This document shows positions 17,135-24,812 of a DNA stretch of 32,000 nucleotides, piece after piece (position 1 is the stretch's first letter; every line of letters begins with the position of its first letter). The notes under the pieces are model-generated. The model was not told where the DNA came from. It did not search any database and saw only the letters and a list, made by a program, of their open reading frames with translations. Where the stretch lies: positions 4,350,001 through 4,382,000 of the forward strand of contig OY969938.1 of the NCBI GenBank assembly GCA_963704755.1. The letters run 5' to 3'. The translations under genes were made by a program, and so were the position numbers. This stretch comes from an uncultured Chloroflexia bacterium. Its GTDB lineage: Bacteria > Chloroflexota > Anaerolineae > Anaerolineales > Anaerolineaceae.

Positions 17135-18622
17135 ATGTTTCGCATGTCAACTAATCAATCTACAGGTGTAAATACCAAGAAGGAAAAACTCGATCCACGG
17201 GTGATGAAAGCGGCGATCATCCTGGTCATCTGCTCGCTTGCGCCTATGCTGGATTCAACGATGATGAATGTGGCCATCAAAACCATCACGGTGGACCTCA
17301 AAAGCACGGTAGCCGTTATCCAATGGGTCATCACCGGCTACGTTCTGGCCATGGGCATCGCTATACCGATTTCCGGCTGGGCCGACAACCGCTTTGGAGG
17401 CAAACGAGTTTTTGTAGCTTCGTTATTGGCGTTCTTAACCGGTTCCATTCTTTCTTCTCTGTCGTGGAACATAGGCAGCCTGATCCTTTTCAGGCTCATT
17501 CAAGGGTTCGGTGCCGGGTTATTGATCCCGACCATGCAAACCCTGTTGGTACAGGTTTCGGGCGGCAAACAGTTGGGTCAGTTAATGTCCTTTGTCAGCA
17601 TCCCGGCCGCTTTTGCGCCTATCCTTGGACCGGTCGTAGGCGGCGTGATCGTCAACAGCCTGAGCTGGCGTTGGATTTTCTATGTGAACATCCCTGTAAC
17701 CCTGATTTCCATTCTTTTGGCCTGGCGTGGCCTGCCGGAGGATCAGAAATCCGACCATAAGCAGTCGTTGGATTGGGTAGGCATCCTCTTGCTTTCACCG
17801 GCGTTTGCCGTTCTTATCTATGGCATTGCCCAGGTTAGTTCTCATGGCGGGCTGGCCAGCAGCGCTGTCCTGGTGCCTTTGATCATCGGCCTGGTCCTCA
17901 TGACGACCTTTGTCATTTATTCTTTGAGGCGCAAAAGCGCAGCGGTGCTGGACTTGCGGCTTTTCGGTTCGAGAAACTTTTCCGCTTCCAACCTCTTGAT
18001 TTTTCTCTCGGGAATTATCGCCAATGGGTCCTTGCTGCTTATCCCGCTCTATTTCCAACAAATTCGTGGTGAAAGTGTCTTATTTGCCGGGTTATTGTTG
18101 ATCCCTCAGGGGGTGGGGATGTTGCTGACGCGAAGCCAAATCGGCAAGCTGACCGACCGCATCGGCGCGCGCCTGATTGTGCTGGTCATTCTGGTCGTCA
18201 CGGTGATCAGTACGCTGCCTTTCGCCTTTGCCGATGCCCAGACGAGTCTGATTATCCTGGGTGTTGCGCTGTTTATTCGCGGCGCATCGCAGGGTGGGCT
18301 GATCATTCCGCTGATGGCTACTGCCTACCTTGGACTTAAAAAGGAGCACATTCCCGACGCCAGCACGGCGACCAGAATTACGGCGACCATCGGCAGCGCT
18401 TTTGGGTCGGCCGTTCTGGCAACCGTGCTGCAGCATCAAATGTCCATGCAGGCTGTAGCCAGCGTCCAGTCCAGTGTAAATGCTTATAACGTGGCCTTCT
18501 GGTGGACGATCGGCTTCACCGTGGTTTCCATTATTCCAGTTTTGTTCCTGTCCGCGCGCAAAGCGGAACCGGAACAAGCAAAATTATCACAGCAGGAGTT
18601 GGAAGCTACCCCGATTGAATAA
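17135..18622 (+). CDS. MFS transporter, DHA2 (EmrB/QacA-like, 14-TMS) drug:H+ antiporter family
   Basis: About 14 hydrophobic segments. Motifs LDSTMMNVAIKTI, GWADNRFGGKRV, LIQGFGAGLLIP. A second ATG at 17144 has better spacing to GAGGA and may be the true start. Confidence 0.88.
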   Translation: MFRMSTNQSTGVNTKKEKLDPRVMKAAIILVICSLAPMLDSTMMNVAIKTITVDLKSTVAVIQWVITGYVLAMGIAIPISGWADNRFGGKRVFVASLLAFLTGSILSSLSWNIGSLILFRLIQGFGAGLLIPTMQTLLVQVSGGKQLGQLMSFVSIPAAFAPILGPVVGGVIVNSLSWRWIFYVNIPVTLISILLAWRGLPEDQKSDHKQSLDWVGILLLSPAFAVLIYGIAQVSSHGGLASSAVLVPLIIGLVLMTTFVIYSLRRKSAAVLDLRLFGSRNFSASNLLIFLSGIIANGSLLLIPLYFQQIRGESVLFAGLLLIPQGVGMLLTRSQIGKLTDRIGARLIVLVILVVTVISTLPFAFADAQTSLIILGVALFIRGASQGGLIIPLMATAYLGLKKEHIPDASTATRITATIGSAFGSAVLATVLQHQMSMQAVASVQSSVNAYNVAFWWTIGFTVVSIIPVLFLSARKAEPEQAKLSQQELEATPIE

Positions 18623-18632
18623 TGAGAATCGT

Positions 18633-18671
18633 ATGCTTGTGGAGCAGGTATTTTGTCTGCTCCACAAGCAT
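18633..18671 (+). terminator. Perfect 15-bp hairpin after the MFS gene
   Basis: ATGCTTGTGGAGCAG-gtattttgt-CTGCTCCACAAGCAT lies 11 nt after the stop. No clear U tract follows. Confidence 0.5.
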
Positions 18672-18974
18672 GGCCGGGTTATGGGAAGTTGTGTCTGATG
18701 CGGAATCGTTAGCCGGCGTAAAAGAGCGGCCTCGGTCGAGGGTTGCGAGGGGCCGGGCCAATTCGCACCCAAAACGCTTTTCTCCGTAAACTCCGTGTCC
18801 GTGGTTTTATTTGTAAAGCCGGCGCCTCAATGGCGCGTTTCGGGCACGCCGGGGTGGACAAATGGCCTGATGGCTCACCGGCACCAAGAAAGTCAGCCCT
18901 CAAACGCACCCTACGCCGGTGCTCTTCCAAAGAATCTTCTCCGTGCACTCTGCGTCTAGCAAATAAGCCAGCGC

Positions 18975-19150
18975 TGTAGGGTGGGTGCAGGGCTCATTAA
19001 CACCACTGGTGACCTACACACCGGCAAGACCTACGAAACCTTGCCCGTAACCCACCATCCGGATATAACGGTGGGTTACGGGCAAGCCCTGGGTTGAGCA
19101 TCTACATTTTGTTCGCCAATATTATAAATGAGCCCTTCACCCACTCTACA
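18975..19150. repeat. MITE-like ~176-bp element with ~24-nt terminal inverted repeats
   Basis: TGTAGGGTGGGTGCAGGGCTCATT (18975-18998) versus AATGAGCCCTTCACCCACTCTACA (19127-19150), 21/24 complementary. There is an internal 17-bp hairpin CTTGCCCGTAACCCACC...GGTGGGTTACGGGCAAG. The left ~115 nt are about 80% identical by eye to the reverse complement of 16207-16338. Confidence 0.8.
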
Positions 19151-19324
19151 TTTCTCAACGGCTTCCGCGCCTCTGCGGTTTAATCTATGACCAGCTGATA
19201 AGAGCGGCCTCGGCCGACGGAATGGAGGGAGAGACCGGGCCGATCCACTCCAAGCCGGCACCTTTTCGACCAGCAATTTTGCTTATGTTTTTCTTTCATA
19301 ACTGCTTAGGCTGGTTAAGAAGTT

Positions 19325-19383
19325 GAGAGTGTTTTTGAAGATTTTCGTGTGCGAAGCACATAAAAATCTTCAAAAACACTCTC
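19325..19383. terminator. Perfect 21-bp hairpin downstream of the Rmt-like gene
   Basis: GAGAGTGTTTTTGAAGATTTT-cgtgtGCGAAGCacataa... closing on AAAATCTTCAAAAACACTCTC. It lies 36 nt after the minus-strand stop at 19419. The apex contains GCGAAGC. Confidence 0.55.
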
Positions 19384-19418
19384 TTTCTATCGGGTAGCTC
19401 AGTAGTAACTTTCTTTCT

Positions 19419-20231
19419 TCATTTCCTGGTCAGCAGATAGGCCAGCTCCCCGGGAAAATCGAAACGGCGGGCGTCGAAGGGCAGGCCGGCCAGCAACTCC
19501 AGAAAGTGAGCGTCGTAATTGCTGCGCATACCCTTGCTCTTACCGCCCAGGCTGTGCGCCGGGAAAGTTACCAGGATGTGCTCGGCCTGGATGCCGCCCA
19601 ACAGCCGCCGGCCGATGGCTTTATCGACCTGCTCCAGGCAGGGGATGGTTTTGAGCAGCAGCGCCAGTTGGACCGGCTGCTGCGGCACGGATTGGGTCAG
19701 GTCGCAGACACTGGCCTGGCCGGCGATGGCAAAGTGGGCGAAAAACCGGTTCAGGAAGGCAGCCTGGTCGGCGTAAATATCGCAAACCTGGAGGGTGACA
19801 TCCGGCGAAAGAGGCATCCAACTGAAGGCCAGGGGATTCAGGCCACAAGCCAGGTCCAGCAGCGAGCGCAGTGGTTGGATAGGCGCCAGAGTTTCGGCGT
19901 AGAAACGTTCCAGGTAAGGCAGGCGTTCGCGGGTGGAGGTGTGCTCGGCCATCATTTCCAGGCAAAACTGGCGGGCCGGTTCGCTGTGAACGTCGCCCAG
20001 CAGACCGGCCAGGCGCTCACTCCACTTCGTATAGACGATGGGTTTTTCCTGGTAAGCGCCGCCCACCTGGTGCAGTTTATTACGCACTGCCTTGACCAGC
20101 TCCTTGCGGCTGCGGCTGTTGGCCAATTCGCGTTCGAGCAGCCGGCGGACGAAGCCGGGGTCGATGGGGGCGTATTTGGCGCCGGCCTGCACCTCGGCGA
20201 CCAGCTCGTCCAGGTCGGCCGGGGAATTCAC
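19419..20231 (-). CDS. FmrO/Rmt/ArmA-family 16S rRNA (guanine1405-N7)-methyltransferase paralog 2 (aminoglycoside-resistance type)
   Basis: AKYAPID..., HTSTRER, LLDLACGLNPLAFSW, ALLLKTIPCLEQ, TFPAHSLGGKSKGMRSNY and ELAYLL are colinear with RmtB/ArmA/Sgm as I remember them. A GTG start overlaps the upstream TGA (GTGA). Confidence 0.85.
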   Translation of the reverse strand: MNSPADLDELVAEVQAGAKYAPIDPGFVRRLLERELANSRSRKELVKAVRNKLHQVGGAYQEKPIVYTKWSERLAGLLGDVHSEPARQFCLEMMAEHTSTRERLPYLERFYAETLAPIQPLRSLLDLACGLNPLAFSWMPLSPDVTLQVCDIYADQAAFLNRFFAHFAIAGQASVCDLTQSVPQQPVQLALLLKTIPCLEQVDKAIGRRLLGGIQAEHILVTFPAHSLGGKSKGMRSNYDAHFLELLAGLPFDARRFDFPGELAYLLTRK

Positions 20232-21325
20232 GGCTGCTCCTGCCGTATGCGGTCGGTGAGCTGGGTCATAAAGCGCAGGTTGTGCAGGGTAGCCAGGCGC
20301 AGGTATAAGCCGTCGTTGAGCTTGAACAGATGGTGCAGATAACCCAGCGAGTAATGCCGGCAGGTAGGACAGTCACAGAACTGCGATACCGGCTGGTCGG
20401 CTTTGATGTGCTGCTCGTCGTTGATGTATAGGTATTTGAGCCAATCGCCGCTCAAGCTGCCCGGAGAGCCGGCCGGTTGGGTGAAGGTGTACAGCCGGCC
20501 GTGGCGGGCATCGCGGGTGGGCATGGCACAGTCGAAGATGCCGTAGCCCATGCGGTACCCGGAGAGCACGTTGTGCGGGTGGCCGATCCCCAGGGCATGG
20601 ATGGGGAATTCCTGCGGGACCAGCGAGCGGGTATATTCCAGGATCTCGCTTAGGAGCTGGCCCTCGGAATCCAGCGGCCAGCCGCCAAATCCATAACCAT
20701 CGAAGCCGAGTTCCAGCAGCGCTTCGGCGCAGCGTTTGCGCAGGTCGAATTCACCGCCGCCCTGGATGACCGCGAACAACCTGGGAATTTGGCCGGCGGG
20801 CAATTTCTTCTGGGCAATCTGGCGATCGAACTCGGCCCGGGCGCGTTTTGCCCAGCCAATCGTCCGGCCGACCGATAGCTCCTGCTCGCTGCGGGGTGCA
20901 TCTACGTGAGTGCAGTCGTCCAGGCAAATGACCACATCGGCGCCGTAAGCCAACTGCAATTGGATGCCTTTTTCAGGGGTCAACTGAAACTTGCGCGTGT
21001 TGCCTTCCGGCTGAAAGGTGATTCCACGATCGTCCATTTTGCCGAATTTAGGGTTGTTGCGAATCAACGAGTAAGCCTGAAAACCACCCGAGTCGGTAAT
21101 AATCGGGTGGGGCCAGGAACTCATCTTGTGCAGCCCCCCCAAGGCCTGGATGGTGCTGGAACCAGGGCGCTGCATCAGGTGAAATGTATTCATCACCGCG
21201 GCCCGGATCTGGACCGCTTCCAGGTCGCGTGAATCGATGGTACGCACGACCCCAAAGGTTGCGTCTGGCATAAATACCGGGAATTCGAGCGTGCCATGAA
21301 GGAGTTGGAGTGAATTAACCTGCAT
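20228..21325 (-). CDS. Divergent tRNA-guanine transglycosylase (TGT) family protein
   Basis: TGT motifs FPVFMPDAT, ITDSGGFQ, LDDC, FDCAMPTRDARHG, and the Zn site CDCPTCRHY...LHH are present. The canonical GYAIGGLAVGE pocket segment is replaced by GYGFGGWPLDSEG, and LMGVGTP by ALGIGHP. SD GAGGA lies upstream. Confidence 0.8.
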   Translation of the reverse strand: MQVNSLQLLHGTLEFPVFMPDATFGVVRTIDSRDLEAVQIRAAVMNTFHLMQRPGSSTIQALGGLHKMSSWPHPIITDSGGFQAYSLIRNNPKFGKMDDRGITFQPEGNTRKFQLTPEKGIQLQLAYGADVVICLDDCTHVDAPRSEQELSVGRTIGWAKRARAEFDRQIAQKKLPAGQIPRLFAVIQGGGEFDLRKRCAEALLELGFDGYGFGGWPLDSEGQLLSEILEYTRSLVPQEFPIHALGIGHPHNVLSGYRMGYGIFDCAMPTRDARHGRLYTFTQPAGSPGSLSGDWLKYLYINDEQHIKADQPVSQFCDCPTCRHYSLGYLHHLFKLNDGLYLRLATLHNLRFMTQLTDRIRQEQP

Positions 21326-21371
21326 AATCCTCGTTTAGACGGGTGCCTGGGGCACCAAATATTTCGACTGG

Positions 21372-21875
21372 TCAGAGCTGGTCATCCAGGTCGATGGCTA
21401 ATTCTATCTCATCCCGAATGGGAATCCCGAAATTGCCGATTGCCGGGATCTCGGGCTTGAGCCGGCGCGAACGCTCGATCGCACCAGGGAAAACCGCGAC
21501 CAGTCGAAATCCGCGGCGCTGGTAGAAGCGCAGGCCATCCAGGTTGTCGTTGGTGGTGATCAGCCACAGGCGCCGGCAGTGATTTTGGCGGGCGTAGGTT
21601 TTGGCGGCCTGGACCAGCAGAGTCCCAATGCCCAGGTGGGGTTGGAGGCTGTCGATGGTGACGATTTCACAGCCCTTGGGTGTGATGGAACAGGTAACCA
21701 GTCCAACCGGCCGGCCGGATAAGGTGGCGACAAAACCGGGCAGCCCGGCGGGGTAGATCAATTCCCCATGGGCCACGACCGTCTCGGCGCCCCAGCGGTC
21801 GATCGTGAAGCGGGTCACCCAATCCCGGTCACTTTCGACCAGCGGACGCAAGGTTGCCGAATTTAACTCATCCAT
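21372..21875 (-). CDS. GNAT family N-acetyltransferase
   Basis: 167 aa. Acetyl-CoA motif A region HLGIGTLLVQAAKTYARQ and C-terminal FYQRRGFRLV. It lies 46 nt upstream of the TGT-like gene on the same strand. Confidence 0.8.
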   Translation of the reverse strand: MDELNSATLRPLVESDRDWVTRFTIDRWGAETVVAHGELIYPAGLPGFVATLSGRPVGLVTCSITPKGCEIVTIDSLQPHLGIGTLLVQAAKTYARQNHCRRLWLITTNDNLDGLRFYQRRGFRLVAVFPGAIERSRRLKPEIPAIGNFGIPIRDEIELAIDLDDQL

Positions 21876-22077
21876 TGTCAGGCTCCCCTGGGATTCGGAT
21901 CAAGGCATTCTTAAGAAGGGGGTTACCACCGCAAACCCTGGCTACTTTTGCCGGGGTTCATGGTTATAATCAAGGCGTCGCTGCAAATCCCTCAAATTCG
22001 GGGATTTCTCGCACAAATCAAAATTGTTGCAGCGATTTATTAATCATACCATCACAAAAAGTTTGGAGAAGACAAGC

Positions 22078-22404
22078 ATGAAAGGGTTCGAACCTGTCAA
22101 TCAAGAAAATTTCAATGCCAGCGTGCTTGGATCGAAAAAACCGTACCTGGTCGAATTTGGAGCTACCTGGTGCGCTCCTTGCAAGCGGCTGGAGCCGGAC
22201 CTTGAAAAATTGGCGGAAAATATGGGTGAGCGCATGGCCATGGGCAAGATCGACGTAGACGAATCGCCGGACCTGGCTGTGCAATTTACGGTGATGAGTG
22301 TTCCTACTGTAATTCTGTTTGTCGATGGCGAGCCGAAAGCACGCCTGACCGGTTACCAACCGCTGCGGAAACTGGAAAGTTTAGTCGAAGAAAATATGCC
22401 TTAG
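22078..22404 (+). CDS. trxA: Thioredoxin
   Basis: WCAPC active site (EFGATWCAPCKRL), 108 aa. The ORF track ORF is trimmed to the ATG at 22078, which is preceded by GGAGA. Confidence 0.9.
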   Translation: MKGFEPVNQENFNASVLGSKKPYLVEFGATWCAPCKRLEPDLEKLAENMGERMAMGKIDVDESPDLAVQFTVMSVPTVILFVDGEPKARLTGYQPLRKLESLVEENMP

Positions 22405-22428
22405 GTCCTGTCTATAAGATAGTTTTTG

Positions 22429-22466
22429 GGGTTTGTTTCGGGTGGCTTCCCACCTGAAACAAACCC
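22429..22466 (+). terminator. 17-bp hairpin (one G-T pair) after trxA
   Basis: GGGTTTGTTTCGGGTGG-cttc-CCACCTGAAACAAACCC. No downstream U tract, so the terminator function is uncertain. Confidence 0.4.
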
Positions 22467-22556
22467 TACAACAAAATTTATTAAAGATAATTACCCGATT
22501 TTTTAGCTTGCGTCACACAACGGGTTTCGAAAAGCCCCCGATGATAGGAGCAGAAA

Positions 22557-24455
22557 ATGCCGATCACAAAACAAAACGTACCTTTTGGCCAGTGGCACAG
22601 TCCCATCGACCCGGCGATGATGAGCCGGCGTACGCGTTTCGAGGACGTGGCCTGGATGGCGGACGGGAATGGGCTCGTCTGGCAGGAAGGCCGGGGAGGG
22701 CAAGGGGTGCTGGTCTATCAGGCCAAGGGCGACGCACGCCGCGACCTGTGCAACGAATATTCGGTCCGCGGGGGCGTAGGCTACGGTGGAGCCGGCTTTA
22801 CTACCGCCAACGGGGCGGTGTTCTTCGTCGATCAGGGCCGGCGGTTAATGCGCAAAGACCTGCCTTTCGGCAAGCCGTACGCGATTACACCGGAATATGG
22901 CGGCCTGGCTGCGCCTTGTATCTCACCGGACGGCCGGTGGGTAACTTATGTCTATAGCGACGGCCAGACGGATCTATTGGCCATCGTGGATGCGCTGGGC
23001 AAAGAATGGCCGGCCAGGCTGGTCAGCGGCGCGGATTTTTATATGCAGCCGGCCTGGCATCCCTCCGGCAAACAACTGGCCTGGGTCGAGTGGGACCATC
23101 CCAATATGCCCTGGCGGGCTACTCGCCTGGTGCTGGCCGACCTGGAAGGCGAGCTGCCTAAGGTTAGCCGCTCGAAAGTAATCGCCGCTCAGCCGGATGG
23201 GGTGTATACCCAGCCGCAGTTCTCGCCGGACGGGCGCTGGCTGAGTTACCTGGCCGGAGAGGGCGAATGGGAAAACCTGGTGCTGGTTGACCTGGTCAGT
23301 GGCGAAACACGCATCTTATACCAGGGTGAGCACAAGCTGCTGTCAACGCCGGCCTGGGTGCAGGGGGTGCGGAGTTATGGCTGGAACCCCAATTCGAGCA
23401 CCATATTCAGCTTGTGGAATTATGCGGGTTCTGCCGGCCTGGTTAAGATCGAGATAGCCGGTGGAAAAGTGACGCCAATCGACACTGCGCCATACACCTG
23501 GCTGGACCAGTTGAGCGTTTCGCCTTCAAGCGGTGCGCTGGCGTTGGTCGCCTCGGCACCCAACCTGCCCGAGCGGGTGGTTTGTTACGAGAACGGCGCC
23601 TGGCGCTGCCTGGCCTATAACGATGCCTGGATGTTCGATCCGGAGAATTTCAGCCGGCCCGAGCAGGTGGAATGGCAAAGCCTGGATGGCGGCACGGTAT
23701 TCGGTAATTTTTATGCTCCCAGCAACCCGGGCTTCAGTGCGGATGGGCTGCCGGCGCTGGTGGTCTACGTCCACGGCGGGCCTAGCAGCCAGACGCCTTT
23801 GAGCTTTTCGCCCACGGCCCAGTTCTTTACCACCCGCGGGTACGCTTTTCTGGAGGTCAATTACCACGGCAGCAGCGGGTACGGGCGCAGCTATCTCGCG
23901 GCGCTCGACCGGCGCTGGGGTGAAGTGGATACGGCCGACATTGTCTCCGGGGCGAAGGCCATGGCCGAGCGCGGCCTGGTTGACCCAGCCCGCATGGTGA
24001 TTATGGGGGGCAGCGCCGGCGGATTCGCCGTATTGAATGCGCTCTATCAATATCCGGGGGCTTTCAAGGCCGGTATTGCCATGTACCCGGTGGCCGATTT
24101 GATCTCGATTGACCTGGACACGCACAAATTCGAGGCGCATTACACCAAAAGCCTGGTGGGTAAGCTGCCGGATGACCTGGCGACCTACCGGGCGCGCTCA
24201 GCGCTGTACCATGCCGATGAGATCCGGGGTGGACTGATTATTTTTCATGGGATGGACGACCGGGTCGTGCCGGTTTCGCAGTCCCAGACCATCGTAGCAC
24301 GGATGCGGGCGGGCGGCTTCCCGGTCGATCTGCACACCTATGCAGGGGAAGGGCACGGCTTCCGCAAGCCCGAAACGATCCGGGACGTGTATGAGAAGAT
24401 CGAGCGGTTTATGATCACGGAGGTGTTGTATGGAGGGAGAGAGAATAGAGAGTAG
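22557..24455 (+). CDS. S9 family serine peptidase (prolyl oligopeptidase / acylaminoacyl-peptidase type)
   Basis: An N-terminal PD40/beta-propeller-like repeat region (SPDGRW twice). The C-terminal alpha/beta hydrolase has the nucleophile GGSAGG, then HGMDDRVV and GEGHGF. AGGAG lies upstream. Confidence 0.88.
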   Translation: MPITKQNVPFGQWHSPIDPAMMSRRTRFEDVAWMADGNGLVWQEGRGGQGVLVYQAKGDARRDLCNEYSVRGGVGYGGAGFTTANGAVFFVDQGRRLMRKDLPFGKPYAITPEYGGLAAPCISPDGRWVTYVYSDGQTDLLAIVDALGKEWPARLVSGADFYMQPAWHPSGKQLAWVEWDHPNMPWRATRLVLADLEGELPKVSRSKVIAAQPDGVYTQPQFSPDGRWLSYLAGEGEWENLVLVDLVSGETRILYQGEHKLLSTPAWVQGVRSYGWNPNSSTIFSLWNYAGSAGLVKIEIAGGKVTPIDTAPYTWLDQLSVSPSSGALALVASAPNLPERVVCYENGAWRCLAYNDAWMFDPENFSRPEQVEWQSLDGGTVFGNFYAPSNPGFSADGLPALVVYVHGGPSSQTPLSFSPTAQFFTTRGYAFLEVNYHGSSGYGRSYLAALDRRWGEVDTADIVSGAKAMAERGLVDPARMVIMGGSAGGFAVLNALYQYPGAFKAGIAMYPVADLISIDLDTHKFEAHYTKSLVGKLPDDLATYRARSALYHADEIRGGLIIFHGMDDRVVPVSQSQTIVARMRAGGFPVDLHTYAGEGHGFRKPETIRDVYEKIERFMITEVLYGGRENRE

Positions 24456-24812
24456 AGATTAGTAAAAAGTCAACAAGGCAACGAGCGAATGAGGCAATAG
24501 GGGAAGAGGCAATGAGGCGACGAGTGAATGAGGCAAAAAGGAAAGAGGCAACGAGGTAAGAAGTCGATCAGGGTACCAGTAGAAAGGTGGACGTCGCATC
24601 GCCTTATTGCCTCTTGACGCTTCACTGGCCGGCGCTCACCCTCATCCCCCGGCCCCTTCCCCCAGAGCAGGGGAAGGGGTGCCTTGCTACCGAGATATGA
24701 CGTTACCTGATTGCTCGTTGCCTAATTACTCGTTGCCTCGTCGACTTGTCCCCTCATCGACTTGTTGCCTCTTTACTAATCTCTAATCCCTATTTTTCTA
24801 ATCTCTATTCTC
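24441..24812. repeat. ~370-bp imperfect palindromic element between convergent genes, overlapping both 3' ends
   Basis: The left end gagaatagaga...tagagattagtaaa is mirrored at the right end (reverse complement of 24770-24812). The left arm carries 4-5 GAGGCAA heptamers, mirrored by TTGCCTC on the right arm. There is a central hairpin CCCCTTCCCC-N7-GGGGAAGGGG (24653-24679). Confidence 0.75.

Noticed and set aside
21942-21970. Promoter for trxA built around the TATAAT at 21965-21970.
   Set aside because: The -10 hexamer is perfect, but no acceptable -35 hexamer lies at 16-18 nt spacing (TTGCCG is only 11 nt away). The evidence is too weak to list as a feature.
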